Assembly (NCBI GenBank): GCA_963719225.1
Contig: CAVRAY010000001.1
Span: 3,040,001-3,104,000 of the forward strand
Origin: Thermoanaerobaculia bacterium
Lineage (GTDB): Bacteria > Acidobacteriota > Thermoanaerobaculia > UBA5066
Direction of reading: 5' to 3'
DNA: 64,000 nucleotides
The position numbers were made by a program, and so were the translations under genes. The notes below the pieces were generated by a model, which had not been told where the DNA came from, made no database searches, and worked only from the letters and a program-made list of their open reading frames with translations. Of the stretch, positions 19,377 to 29,477 are shown piece after piece (the first letter of the stretch is position 1; each line of letters begins with the position of its first letter).

Positions 19377-20420
19377 ATGAAAAGAGCTCTACGCTTCCTC
19401 CTCCTCGGCGCGTTCGCCTTCGCCGGCGCGGCGCGGGGCGAGACGCCCCTCACCGTCGGCACCATCGCCGCGAAGCCAGGAGAGAAAGTCTCCGGATGGC
19501 TCGACGTGCCGGCCGGCGTCGACGCGGGCACGAAGATCCCCGTGAGCGTGGTGAACGGGTCGAAGCCGGGCCCGGTCCTCGCGCTCGTGGCGGGCACGCA
19601 CGGGTCCGAGTACACCTCGATCCTGGCCCTGCAGCGCGTCCTCGCCCGTCTCGACCCCGCCGCGATGTCCGGCGCGGTGATCCTCGTCCACATGGCCTGT
19701 CCGCCCACGTTCTACGGCCGGCGCATCTATTACGGCCCCGACGGCAAGAACCTGAATCGGATGTACCCGGGGAATCCGAACGGCACCGTCAGCGAGCGCA
19801 TCGCCCATGTCCTCACGCGCGACGTCATCGATAAGTGCACGCATCTCGTCGATCTGCACTGCGGGGACGGCAACGAGTCTCTCCGCCCTTACAGCTACTG
19901 GATGACGTCGGGAAACGACGCGGTCGACAGGGTTTCACGCGAGATGAACCTGGCTTTCGGGCTGGACCACGTCGTGATCGACAACCAGCGCTCGCTCGAC
20001 GCGAAGAAGAGCGTCTACACGGCGATGACGGCCATCCTCCGCGGGAAGCCGGCCATCACGACGGAGTCGGGAGGGATGGGGCAGACGGACGAAGCCTCGG
20101 TGCGGGCGCAGGAGGCCGGCGCCATGGGCGTCATCGGCTTCCTGAAGATCCTCGCGCGGCCGGTCCCTCTCGCGAAGCCGGTCTGGATCGATCGGTCGGA
20201 AGTCGTGCGGACGCCGGTGACCGGAATCTTTTTCCCGGCCGTCGAGAAGATGCAGAACGTCGCGTCCGGCGCCCTCCTCGGCCGGGTGACCGATCCCTTC
20301 GGGAAGGTCCTGCACGAAGCGCGGGCGCCCTTCGCCGGAGAGATTCTCTACGTGCTCGGAACGCCGCCCGTCAACGAGGGCGAGCCCCTCCTCTTCGTCG
20401 GGCACGTCGCGAGCGAATAG
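19377..20420 (+). CDS. Succinylglutamate desuccinylase/aspartoacylase (M14) family protein, secreted
   Basis: AGTHGSEY, NLNRMYPG, VDLHCG, ITTESG; signal peptide. Confidence 0.85.
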   Translation: MKRALRFLLLGAFAFAGAARGETPLTVGTIAAKPGEKVSGWLDVPAGVDAGTKIPVSVVNGSKPGPVLALVAGTHGSEYTSILALQRVLARLDPAAMSGAVILVHMACPPTFYGRRIYYGPDGKNLNRMYPGNPNGTVSERIAHVLTRDVIDKCTHLVDLHCGDGNESLRPYSYWMTSGNDAVDRVSREMNLAFGLDHVVIDNQRSLDAKKSVYTAMTAILRGKPAITTESGGMGQTDEASVRAQEAGAMGVIGFLKILARPVPLAKPVWIDRSEVVRTPVTGIFFPAVEKMQNVASGALLGRVTDPFGKVLHEARAPFAGEILYVLGTPPVNEGEPLLFVGHVASE

Positions 20421-20433
20421 CCCCTTTCTTCCT

Positions 20434-21789
20434 TCAGAGGCTGCGATGCCGGAACGGACGGGCGTCTTTCCCGCTGTACGTCTCCACGACCTGGCCGCTG
20501 CCCCTCAGGAGGTACTTGTACGTCACGAGCCCGTCGAGGCCCACGGGGCCGCGGGCATGAATCCGGCTCGTCGAGATGCCGACTTCCGCTCCGAAGCCGT
20601 AGCGGAAGCCGTCGGCGAAACGCGTGGAGGCGTTGTGGAAGACGCCGGCCGCGTCGACACGAGAGAGAAACGCCTCGGCGGCGGCCGCGTCGGCCGTGAC
20701 GATGGCCTCCGTGTGGTGCGAGCCGTATCCGTTCACGTGCTCCACGGCCTCGTCTAGCGACTCCACGAGCTTGACGGACAGGGTCGGCCCGCCGTACTCC
20801 GAGCGCCAGTCGTCCTCGGAGGCTGAAGCGAGATCGAGAGCGGAGGCGAGAGCCCGCGTCTTCGCGCACGCGCGGATCTCGATCCCTGCCTGAACGAGCC
20901 GAGTCAGCAAGGGGACGAGGAAACGCTCCGCCGCGTCCCGGTGGACGAGGAGAGTTTCGGCCGCATTGCACGCCGCCGGGTACTGGAGCTTGCTGTCGAG
21001 GACGATCGCCTGCGCCATCGCTTCGTCCGCCGCGCGATCCACGTAGACGTGGCAGACCCCTTCCGCATGGCCGAGAACCGGGATGCGCGTATGCGCCTGG
21101 ACGTGCCGGACGAGATCGTATCCGCCGCGCGGGATGACGAGGTCGATGTGCTCGTCGAGCGCGAGGAGCGCGTCGACCTCGGCGCGCCCGGCCACGGACG
21201 TGAGCGCGCCGTCCGGGATGTCGGGGAAGGACGCGAGGGCCATCGTGAAGACGTCGAGGATTGCCGCCGTGGACCGAACGGACTCGCGTCCGCCCTTGAG
21301 GATCGCCGCGTTGCCCGACTTGAGCGCCAGCGACCCGATCTGCGCCACCGCGTCGGGACGCGACTCGAAGATCACCAGGAGGACGCCCAGCGGACACGTC
21401 ACCTTCTCCAGGACGAGGCCGTCGTCGAGGAGCGTTCTGGAAAGGACGCGCCCGGAGGGGTCCGAGAGCGCGGCGACGGCACGGACGCCGGCGGCCATTC
21501 CGTACACCTTGGTCTCGTCGAGCTTCAGGCGTTCGAGGGCCGAGGGCGCGAGAGGATTTTCTTTGAAGGTGGTGCGGGCGGCGTCCATGTCCTCGGCGTT
21601 TGCGCTCAGGATGGCTCCGCTGAATCGCTCCAACCCGTCCGCCACCTTTCGAAGAAAATCATTCTTTTCGTCCGCCGGCACGGCAGCCAGCTTTCTCGCC
21701 GCCTCTCGGGCTCGCGTCGCGATTCCGACCGGTCCCATATTCCCTTCTAAGAAATCTCTCTCTTCCTCTTTCTCTCCCTCTTTCGTCAT
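20434..21789 (-). CDS. proA: Glutamate-5-semialdehyde dehydrogenase
   Basis: FESRPD, KSGNAAILKGG, PAACNAAET, NASTRFADG, GISTSRIHARGPVGL. Confidence 0.95.
   Translation of the reverse strand: MTKEGEKEEERDFLEGNMGPVGIATRAREAARKLAAVPADEKNDFLRKVADGLERFSGAILSANAEDMDAARTTFKENPLAPSALERLKLDETKVYGMAAGVRAVAALSDPSGRVLSRTLLDDGLVLEKVTCPLGVLLVIFESRPDAVAQIGSLALKSGNAAILKGGRESVRSTAAILDVFTMALASFPDIPDGALTSVAGRAEVDALLALDEHIDLVIPRGGYDLVRHVQAHTRIPVLGHAEGVCHVYVDRAADEAMAQAIVLDSKLQYPAACNAAETLLVHRDAAERFLVPLLTRLVQAGIEIRACAKTRALASALDLASASEDDWRSEYGGPTLSVKLVESLDEAVEHVNGYGSHHTEAIVTADAAAAEAFLSRVDAAGVFHNASTRFADGFRYGFGAEVGISTSRIHARGPVGLDGLVTYKYLLRGSGQVVETYSGKDARPFRHRSL
21550..21785. repeat. Cluster of dispersed motifs in the 5' part of proA
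   Basis: Forward core 21559; reverse cores 21648 and 21745. Confidence 0.75.
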
Positions 21790-22634
21790 CGATCTCTCGT
21801 CCCGGCCTTCGGACCGAAGACGGTGCCGACCGCCTCTCCCGCGAAGAGACGATCGAGGACGCCGGGCGTCCTGCCGTTCGCGATGACCGCGACGCCGCCG
21901 GAGCCCGTCGCGATCCGCGCCGCGTCCAGCTTCGAGGTCATGCCGCCGCGGCCCCGGCCGCTTCCGCCGTCGGCATGCCGGACGATCTCCTCCGTGATCT
22001 CCTTCACGAACGGGATGAGCATGGCCGATCGGTCGTGCGCCGGGTTGCCCGTGAAGAGGCCGTCCACGTCGGAGAGGATGACGAGGACGTCCGCCCGGAC
22101 CTTGCTCATGACGAGCGCCGAAAGCCGGTCGTTGTCTCCGAACAGGCCGCGCGCACCCTTGCCGTCGGGCGACTCCAGTTCCAGCGTCGAGACCGTGTCG
22201 TTCTCGTTCAGGATCGGGACGGCATCCAGCTCGAAGAGCTTCTCGAGCGTCGCCGAGAGGTTCTGGAAGCGCGTCCGGTCGGTGAAGTCGTCCTCGGTGA
22301 GGAGGACCTGAGCGGTGAGAAGGCCCATCTTCTCGAACCCCTCTTCGTACACGGACATCAGCCGGCTCTGCCCGATGGCGGCGCACGCCTGCTTGAGCGT
22401 GAGAGAGCCCGGCTTCTTCTCCAGGCGCAGGCGCTGTGCCCCGAGTCCCACCGCGCCCGAAGAGACGATCAGGACGTGCCGCCCCTGCTTCTTCAGGCTC
22501 CCGACGGACTCGATGAGCCCGTAGAGGCGTCCCAGCGCCACCGCGCCGTCGTCGCGCATGATCACGTTCGTCCCGGCCTTGACCACGATCCGCCTCGCGG
22601 CGGCCACGCGCTGCCGGATCCGCGCCTCGTCCAT
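21786..22634 (-). CDS. proB: Glutamate 5-kinase (short form without PUA domain)
   Basis: VVKAGT, VSSGAV, AAIGQ, NENDTV, FGDNDRLSA, GGMTSK. Confidence 0.95.
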   Translation of the reverse strand: MDEARIRQRVAAARRIVVKAGTNVIMRDDGAVALGRLYGLIESVGSLKKQGRHVLIVSSGAVGLGAQRLRLEKKPGSLTLKQACAAIGQSRLMSVYEEGFEKMGLLTAQVLLTEDDFTDRTRFQNLSATLEKLFELDAVPILNENDTVSTLELESPDGKGARGLFGDNDRLSALVMSKVRADVLVILSDVDGLFTGNPAHDRSAMLIPFVKEITEEIVRHADGGSGRGRGGMTSKLDAARIATGSGGVAVIANGRTPGVLDRLFAGEAVGTVFGPKAGTRDR

Positions 22635-22738
22635 CCGGGGATTGTAGGGGCCGGGAGGGGGGCCAAAGCCCGGATCCGGACCGGGGAATCAGCGAACTTT
22701 TGCGGCTCGCATCCGTATATGCGGACGAGAGGTCCTGC

Positions 22739-23959
22739 ATGTCCAAGAAACTCAAATGGATCCTGACGTCCGCCGGGGTCGTCCTGCTCGCGGGCGGGGG
22801 GGTCGTCTTCGCCTCGCGCGGCAAGGACAAGGCCAAAGGGCCCGACCAGCCGCCGTTCCGGATCGGGAAAGTCCAGGCCGAAGACCTCCAGGTGAGCGTG
22901 CGCGAAGTCGGGGTCGTCGATCCGGAGACGAAGGTCGACGTCAAGTCCGCCGTTTCGGGGCGGGTCGTCTCCCTGAAGGTCCGCGACGGCGCCGTCGTGA
23001 AGTCCGGCGACATCCTGGCCGAGGTCGAGCCCGACGTCACCCAGGCACAGTCGCTTTCCGACGTGAGAGCCGGAGTCACCCAGGCCGAGGTCGGCCTCAA
23101 GGACACGGAGCGCCAGCTGCGCTCGCAGGAGCGGCTCTTCAAGGACGGCCTCATCGGAGGCGAGACGCTGAAGGACTACGTCACGAAACGCGATCTCGCG
23201 GCCGAGAACCTCAAGGCCGCGCGCCAGCGCTACGAGATCGTCGAGGGCCACGGCATCCCGATCGGGGGCGACGCCGTCACGCAGCGCGCGCGCGTCACCG
23301 CCCCGATGTCCGGCGTCGTCATCACGAAAGGCGTCGAGCTCGGGGAGACCGTGACCTCGGGCGTGTCGTCCTTCAACGCGGGCACCGTCCTCTTCACGGT
23401 CGCGGACCTCAAGACGCTCCTCATCAAGGTGAATCTCAACGAGGTCGACATCGCGAAGGTGAAGGTCGGCCAGCCCGTCCGCATCACGCTCGACGCGTAT
23501 CCCCAGAAGACGTTCACCGGCAAGGTCCGGTTCGTCGCGCCCGCCGCGAAGCTCCTCGACAAGATCAAGGTCTTCCCCGTCGAGATCGCGCTCGACGAGC
23601 TCGGCGACGCCTACCGCACGGGCATGAGCGCGAACGTCGAGATCCTCGGCGAGAAAAAGGACAAGGCCGTCTCGATCCCGCTCGAGGCGCTCCAGCGCCG
23701 CGAAGGCAAGACCGTCGTCTACCGCCTCAAGGAAGGCCTCGCCCCGAAGCAGATCGCCGCCGCCAAGGAAGGCCTCGGCGGCCGCGGCAAGTACATCTGG
23801 CTCTCCGACCACTGGAAGGACTATTACGAGGTCGTTCCCGTGACGGCCGGCATCGCGACGCTCGAGCGCGTCGAGATCGTCTCCGGCCTCAAGGGCACCG
23901 AGCAGGTCGCCCTCGAGGACCCGACGAAGAAAAAGGTCGAGAAGGACGATGACAACTGA
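22739..23959 (+). CDS. Periplasmic adaptor (MacA-like membrane fusion protein)
   Basis: VKSAVSGRV, APMSGVV, NEVDIAKVKVGQ, GMSANVEI. Confidence 0.88.
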   Translation: MSKKLKWILTSAGVVLLAGGGVVFASRGKDKAKGPDQPPFRIGKVQAEDLQVSVREVGVVDPETKVDVKSAVSGRVVSLKVRDGAVVKSGDILAEVEPDVTQAQSLSDVRAGVTQAEVGLKDTERQLRSQERLFKDGLIGGETLKDYVTKRDLAAENLKAARQRYEIVEGHGIPIGGDAVTQRARVTAPMSGVVITKGVELGETVTSGVSSFNAGTVLFTVADLKTLLIKVNLNEVDIAKVKVGQPVRITLDAYPQKTFTGKVRFVAPAAKLLDKIKVFPVEIALDELGDAYRTGMSANVEILGEKKDKAVSIPLEALQRREGKTVVYRLKEGLAPKQIAAAKEGLGGRGKYIWLSDHWKDYYEVVPVTAGIATLERVEIVSGLKGTEQVALEDPTKKKVEKDDDN

Positions 23960-24647
23960 GCGCTCGATCATCGAGACCGTCGGCCTGACGAAGGTCTTCG
24001 GAGCGAACGGCATGGCCGTCCACGCGCTCCGCGGGATCGACCTCACGGTCGCGCGCGGCGAGTTCGTGGCCCTGGTCGGACCGTCGGGCTCGGGCAAGTC
24101 GACGCTCATGGCGATCATCGGCTGTCTCGACTCGCCGACCGCAGGCTCGTATGCCCTCGACGGCGTGCCCGTCCAGGGCCTTTCGGGCACGGCCCTCGCA
24201 CGCATCCGGAACCAGAAGATCGGCTTCGTCTTCCAGAGCTATAACCTCCTCCCCAAGGCCACGGCCCTCCGCAACGTCGAGCTGCCGCTCCTCTACGCGG
24301 GCGTCTCGCGCAAGGAGCGCCGCCGCCGCGCGCTGGAGATGCTCGAGCGGGTCGGGATCCCCGAGAAGGCGGGAGTTCTGCCGGCGCAGCTCTCGGGCGG
24401 CCAGCGGCAACGCGTCGCGATCGCGCGGGCCCTCGCGAACAACCCCGCGCTCCTCCTCGCGGACGAGCCGACGGGCGCCCTCGACTCCAAGACGGGCGGG
24501 GAGGTCCTCGACCTCTTCAAGGAGCTGCACCGGCAGGGAAACTCCGTGATGCTCGTGACGCACGACCCGCACATCGCGTCCCTCGCCGAGCGGCGGGTCG
24601 AGCTGTGCGACGGGCTCATCGTCGCCCCAGAGCAGAAGGCGGCCTGA
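23949..24647 (+). CDS. ABC transporter ATP-binding protein (MacB/LolD type)
   Basis: GPSGSGKS, LSGGQRQR, ADEPTGALD, VTHD. Confidence 0.95.
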   Translation: MTTERSIIETVGLTKVFGANGMAVHALRGIDLTVARGEFVALVGPSGSGKSTLMAIIGCLDSPTAGSYALDGVPVQGLSGTALARIRNQKIGFVFQSYNLLPKATALRNVELPLLYAGVSRKERRRRALEMLERVGIPEKAGVLPAQLSGGQRQRVAIARALANNPALLLADEPTGALDSKTGGEVLDLFKELHRQGNSVMLVTHDPHIASLAERRVELCDGLIVAPEQKAA

Positions 24648-25894
24648 TGTTCTCCGGGGCCTTCCGCGAGCGCCTCTTCGGCGCCTGGGTCGAAATCCGC
24701 GAGAACCTCGGCCGTTCGACGCTCCAGACGCTCGGCGTCGTCCTCGGCGTCGCGTCGGTCCTCGGCGGGTTCTCGATCTCGGACAGCCAGCGGAAGCGCT
24801 CCGACGAGCGCTGGGTGAAGCTGGGCGGGATGGACCGCCTGAACGTTCAGCCGTCCCAGGCGGTCAAGGACGGCCAGCCGAGCGCGCTCCAGACCGCCAA
24901 CCTCGGCCTCCGCAACGAGGACGCCGTCGAGGGCGACGCTCTGGACTCGAAGGCCACGACGGGGGTCGCGCAGCAGAAGAACGCCCGCGCCCGCGTCCGC
25001 TCGCAGTACGCCGACCAGGATCGCCAGATCACCGGGATCGGCGGCGACTACCTCGCCCTGAACGGGTACACGGTCGACAAAGGCCGCGGATTCACCGCGG
25101 ACGACCACGAGAAGGGTCAGGCCGTCGCGATCCTCGGCGCGGAGGCCGCGTCCACGTTCTTCCCGACGGGCGAGGCCGTCGGTCAGACGATCCGCGTCGG
25201 TGACATCCCCGTCGTCGTCGTCGGGACCTTCGCCGAGAAGGTCTTCCGCTGGCGCAACAACCAAGGCAACCAGTTCGCGTGGAGGAACCGGATTGTCGCC
25301 GTGCCCTCCACGCTGGTTTCCACGCGCATGAACGGGGATCGCTGGCAGCGGGTGGACCGCGTCGTCTTCCGGATGCGCGACCTCAACGTCGGCGAGAAGC
25401 TCACGGAGAGTCTCACGGGCCTCCTCCTCGGAAACCACCGCCAGCAGGAGGACTTCCGGATCGACGACATCGCGGCGCGCATCCGCAAGCGCCGGAGCCA
25501 GGGCGACGTCTACAACGTCATCTTCATGCTGTCTGGAATCCTGTCGCTCATCGGCGGCGGGATGGTCAACGTCAACATCCAGATGGCGACGCTCAAGGAG
25601 CGCGTGCGCGAGGTCGGCGTCAAGATGGCGATCGGCGCCTCGGGCCGCGAGATTTTCAAGGGCTTCATGATCGAGGCGCTCGTCCTGACGGTCTTCGGCG
25701 CCTTCGCGGGCCTCCTCGGCGGCATCGCCTTCTCCAAGACGATCACGTCCTTCCTCAATATCCCGCTCTACATGCAGCCCGCGAGCTTCCTCTGGGCCTT
25801 CGCGCTCGCGGCAGGCTTCGGCTTCCTCTTCGCGCTCTACCCCGCGTGGAAGGCGAGCCGCCTCTCCCCGATGGAGGCGCTGCGGTATGAATGA
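24647..25894 (+). CDS. MacB/FtsX-type ABC permease
   Basis: ERVREVGVKMAIGA; C-terminal PAWKASRLSPMEALRYE. Confidence 0.9.
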   Translation: MFSGAFRERLFGAWVEIRENLGRSTLQTLGVVLGVASVLGGFSISDSQRKRSDERWVKLGGMDRLNVQPSQAVKDGQPSALQTANLGLRNEDAVEGDALDSKATTGVAQQKNARARVRSQYADQDRQITGIGGDYLALNGYTVDKGRGFTADDHEKGQAVAILGAEAASTFFPTGEAVGQTIRVGDIPVVVVGTFAEKVFRWRNNQGNQFAWRNRIVAVPSTLVSTRMNGDRWQRVDRVVFRMRDLNVGEKLTESLTGLLLGNHRQQEDFRIDDIAARIRKRRSQGDVYNVIFMLSGILSLIGGGMVNVNIQMATLKERVREVGVKMAIGASGREIFKGFMIEALVLTVFGAFAGLLGGIAFSKTITSFLNIPLYMQPASFLWAFALAAGFGFLFALYPAWKASRLSPMEALRYE

Positions 25895-25957
25895 AGAGAA
25901 GAAGATTTTCTTAGAAGGTGAATGCGGGCCGTGGCTCGTGCGCGCGGAGACCACCCG

Positions 25958-27277
25958 ATGAACGGCGCCTTCGACACCATCGAAGAAATCCCTCTCTCCG
26001 TCCCCTCTGCCCCTGCCGAGCCGATGGCGCCGAAACGGCTCCCCTGGGGCGCCCGGCTCGGCATCGTCTGGGAGGTCGTCGTCGGAGGATTCGTCGAGCT
26101 CTGGGCCCACAAGCTGCGCTCGCTCCTCACGCTCACGCTCCTCATGCTCGGCGTCTTCGCCCTCGTCGTCATGACGTCCGTGCTGGACGGCGTCATGGAC
26201 AAGGTCGCGATCGGGTTCTCGGGGATGAGCTGGGACGGCACCGTTGTCATTCAGCCCAAGCCGCCCGAGACGACCGAGGAGCAAAAGCGCTTCGCGATGA
26301 GTCCCGGTCTGCGCTACGAAGATCTCGTTCGCGTCACGGCGCCGCACGAGCGCGTCGTCGCGTTCCTTCCTCGCGCGACGAAGTCGACCCGGGTCCGCAC
26401 GGCCGGGGGCCCCGAGCGCATCTGGGTCACGGGACTCACGCCCGACTACGCCCTCCTCATGAACCGGCCGATCGCGTCGGGCCGGGGCCTCACGGACGAC
26501 GACCGCAAGAGACGCAGCACGGTCGCGGTCGTCGGCTCGACGCTCGGCGTGAAGCTCTTCGGTGGCGCCGATCCCGTCGGGCGCGACGTCCTCGTGGACG
26601 GGATCCCGTTCCGGATCGTCGGGCTGCAGGCGCCGCTCCAAATCTTCAACGAAGAGCTCTGGCTCGACTCGAACGGGCTCATGATCCCCCTCGAGACGTA
26701 CATGGACCGCATGGACGCGGACCACAAGCTCACGAGCGTCGCCGTGAAGCTCCGCAAGCGCTCGGACCTCGACGAGGTCTCGGCGCTCGTCCTCGGCCGC
26801 GCGAAACAGGCGCACCACGGGATTCAGGACGTCGAGATCAAGGACCTCGAGTCGGAGGCCGCGCGCTCGTGGTCGGGGTTCCTCGACCAGATGTTCGGCT
26901 GGCGCGTCGTCCTCTCGAGCCTCGCGGCGACCGTCCTTCTCGTGGGCGGCGTGGGCGTCCTCTCCGTGATGCTCATCTCGTTCTCGGACCGCCGGTACGA
27001 GATCGGCCTGCGCAAGTCGCTCGGTGCCTCGGATCACGAAATCTTCGTTCAGTTCCTCCTCGAGGCGTGCGTCCTCGCGGCCCTCGGCGCGCTTGCCGGG
27101 ACCGTCAGCGGCGCGGTCCTCTGCCAGGCGCTCTCTTCGAAATTCCCGTACGGCCTCGTCGTCAACCCGATGGGCCTCGCCCTGGCATGGGCCGTGGCGC
27201 TCGGTCTCGCGCTCGTCTTCGGCCTCTATCCCGCCATCCGCGCCTCGCGCCTTTCGCCGATGGAGGCGATGCGGTAG
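25958..27277 (+). CDS. MacB/FtsX-type ABC permease (second copy)
   Basis: HKLRSLLTL, DRRYEIGLRKSLGA, PAIRASRLSPMEAMR. Confidence 0.9.
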   Translation: MNGAFDTIEEIPLSVPSAPAEPMAPKRLPWGARLGIVWEVVVGGFVELWAHKLRSLLTLTLLMLGVFALVVMTSVLDGVMDKVAIGFSGMSWDGTVVIQPKPPETTEEQKRFAMSPGLRYEDLVRVTAPHERVVAFLPRATKSTRVRTAGGPERIWVTGLTPDYALLMNRPIASGRGLTDDDRKRRSTVAVVGSTLGVKLFGGADPVGRDVLVDGIPFRIVGLQAPLQIFNEELWLDSNGLMIPLETYMDRMDADHKLTSVAVKLRKRSDLDEVSALVLGRAKQAHHGIQDVEIKDLESEAARSWSGFLDQMFGWRVVLSSLAATVLLVGGVGVLSVMLISFSDRRYEIGLRKSLGASDHEIFVQFLLEACVLAALGALAGTVSGAVLCQALSSKFPYGLVVNPMGLALAWAVALGLALVFGLYPAIRASRLSPMEAMR

Positions 27278-27293
27278 GTCCTAAGATCCGCGA

Positions 27294-28262
27294 ATGGCGG
27301 CGCGCCGGAGAAGCAACGTCCATCCGCTGAACGGGCGTTCTCTGCGAGCCGCCGCGGCGCGGCTCAAGCGCGGGGAGCTCGTCGCGTTCCCGACGGAGAC
27401 CGTCTACGGCCTTGGAGCGAACGCGCTGGACGAGCAGGCGGTCGCGAAGATCTTCGCCAAGAAGGGACGGCCGCGCGACAACCCGATGATCGTGCATGTC
27501 AGCGACAGAAAGATGCTTAGAAAGGTAATTCGGCGACTGCCGCCGCTCGCCGTGCGACTGGCGGCTCGCTTTTGGCCGGGGCCTCTCACCCTCGTCCTTT
27601 CCAAGAAATCTTCAATCTCTTCTCTTGTGACCGCCGGACGGGACACGGTCGCCGTCCGGATGCCGCAAGGCGTCGCGCGCGACCTCGTCCGCCTCGCGGG
27701 CGTCCCGATCGCCGCGCCCAGCGCGAACCTGTCCGGCCGCCCGAGCCCCACGACGGCACGGCACGTCGCCGAGGACTTTCCGGACATCTATGTCCTCGAC
27801 GGCGGACCGACGGAGCACGGCCTCGAATCGACGGTCCTCGCGCTCGAGCCGCGACCTGCCGTGTTGAGGCAAGGCGCGCTGAGTGAAGAATTTCTTAGAA
27901 AGATGATCCCTGGGCTTCGCCGCAGCCACGCCGGCAACCATGGCGCGAGCCCCGGCACGAAGTACACACATTACGCGCCGTCGCGTCCCCTCATTCTCTT
28001 TCTAAGAAAATCTTCTCTTCTCTCTTACTCTCGAAGGCATCCCAACGCGCTCGTCCTCGGCCCTGCGCTTCTCTCTCCTCTCTTTCCGAAGCAAAGATTT
28101 CTTTCCCTCGGCTCTTCATCCGAAGAGATTGCGCGCGGGCTTTTCGCCGCGCTGCGCACGCGCCGCAAGGGGACGGAGCTCCTTGCGCTCGCCATCCCCC
28201 GCCGCGGCGTCGGCCGCGCGGTCATGGACCGTTTGACACGCGCCGCGACGCGCGTGGTGTGA
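27294..28262 (+). CDS. sua5: L-threonylcarbamoyladenylate synthase (Sua5 type)
   Basis: VAFPTETVYGLGA, KGRPRDNP, FWPGPLTL, AAPSANLSGRPSPT, PGTKYTHYAP. Confidence 0.92.
   Translation: MAARRRSNVHPLNGRSLRAAAARLKRGELVAFPTETVYGLGANALDEQAVAKIFAKKGRPRDNPMIVHVSDRKMLRKVIRRLPPLAVRLAARFWPGPLTLVLSKKSSISSLVTAGRDTVAVRMPQGVARDLVRLAGVPIAAPSANLSGRPSPTTARHVAEDFPDIYVLDGGPTEHGLESTVLALEPRPAVLRQGALSEEFLRKMIPGLRRSHAGNHGASPGTKYTHYAPSRPLILFLRKSSLLSYSRRHPNALVLGPALLSPLFPKQRFLSLGSSSEEIARGLFAALRTRRKGTELLALAIPRRGVGRAVMDRLTRAATRVV
27505..28030. repeat. Two convergent motif pairs inside sua5
   Basis: Cores at 27514/27599 and 27892/28000. Confidence 0.75.
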
Positions 28263-28265
28263 CGC

Positions 28266-29477
28266 GTGAATCCCTGGCGCGGCCTCGGAGGCCTCCCGCG
28301 TGCGGTCTGGGTGCTCTCGTTCGCCACGCTCGTGAACCGCTCCGGCACGATGTTCGTGCCGTTCCTCGTCCTCTACCTCACGCGCGCGCGCGGCTACACG
28401 CCGACGGCGGCCGGCGCGATCCTCTCGCTCTTCGGAGCGGGTGCACTTCTCGCGGCGCCGGTCGCCGGCCGGCTCGCGGACCGTTTCGGGCCGATGCGCA
28501 TCATGCCGGGCTCCCTCGCCGTCTCGGGCGCGCTCCTCCTCCTCTTTCCGCTCGCGAGCGGCCCGGTCACGATCGCCATCCTCACGATTCTCCTCGCGTT
28601 CGTCTCCGAGGCCTTTCGGCCCGCCAGCCTGAGCGTCATCGCGCACACGGTGGTCGCGGACCGCCGCAGGTCCGCGTTCGCGCTCCAGCGCCTCGCGACG
28701 AACCTCGGGATGAGCATCGGTCCCGCCGTGGGCGGCTTTCTCGCGGAGATCTCGTGGCCCGCGCTCTTCATCGCCGACGGCGTGACGTCTCTCGCGGCCG
28801 CAGGCGTCCTTCTCGCGTTGTTCCCGAAAGAAGCGGGGGCGCCGGCGGCCTCCACGCCGGAAACGTCCGACGAGCCGCGCCGCGCCGGCCTGAGGGATCC
28901 GGCGTTCGTCCTTTTTCTCGCGGCCCTCGTGCCGGTTGCGATCGTGTTCTTTCAGCACGAGTCGTCGATGGCCCTTTACCTCGTGCGCGATCTCGGCATC
29001 GCGGTCTGGGTCTTCGGGCTCCTCCACACCGTGAACACGCTGCTCATCGTGTTCCTGGAGGTGCCGCTGAACCTCGCGACCGCGCACTGGCCCCACCGGC
29101 GCACGCTCGTCCTCGGATCAGTCCTGGTCGCGGCGGGGTTCGGCGCCCTCGCGTTCGCGCGCACGCTGCCGGCCGTGGTCGCGACGGTCGTGATCTGGAC
29201 GTTCGGGGAGATGATGCTGCTTCCCGGCATGGCGTCCTACGTCGCCGACGTCTCACCCGCGAACAGACGCGGCGCCTACATGGGCCTCTACACGATGGCG
29301 TTCAGCCTCGCCTTCGTCATCGGCCAGCCGCTGGGGACGGCGCTCCTCGACAAGGCCGGCGGCCGCGCGCTGTGGTTCGTCATGCTCGCTCTCGGGCTCC
29401 TCTCGGCGTTCCTCTTCTCGCGCGTCCCGGAGCCGGAACGTCCCGCCGGGGAGGGCGTACGTCTCCCTACGCCCTGA
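28266..29477 (+). CDS. MFS transporter
   Basis: GRLADRFG motif A; about 12 TM helices. Confidence 0.9.
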   Translation: MNPWRGLGGLPRAVWVLSFATLVNRSGTMFVPFLVLYLTRARGYTPTAAGAILSLFGAGALLAAPVAGRLADRFGPMRIMPGSLAVSGALLLLFPLASGPVTIAILTILLAFVSEAFRPASLSVIAHTVVADRRRSAFALQRLATNLGMSIGPAVGGFLAEISWPALFIADGVTSLAAAGVLLALFPKEAGAPAASTPETSDEPRRAGLRDPAFVLFLAALVPVAIVFFQHESSMALYLVRDLGIAVWVFGLLHTVNTLLIVFLEVPLNLATAHWPHRRTLVLGSVLVAAGFGALAFARTLPAVVATVVIWTFGEMMLLPGMASYVADVSPANRRGAYMGLYTMAFSLAFVIGQPLGTALLDKAGGRALWFVMLALGLLSAFLFSRVPEPERPAGEGVRLPTP

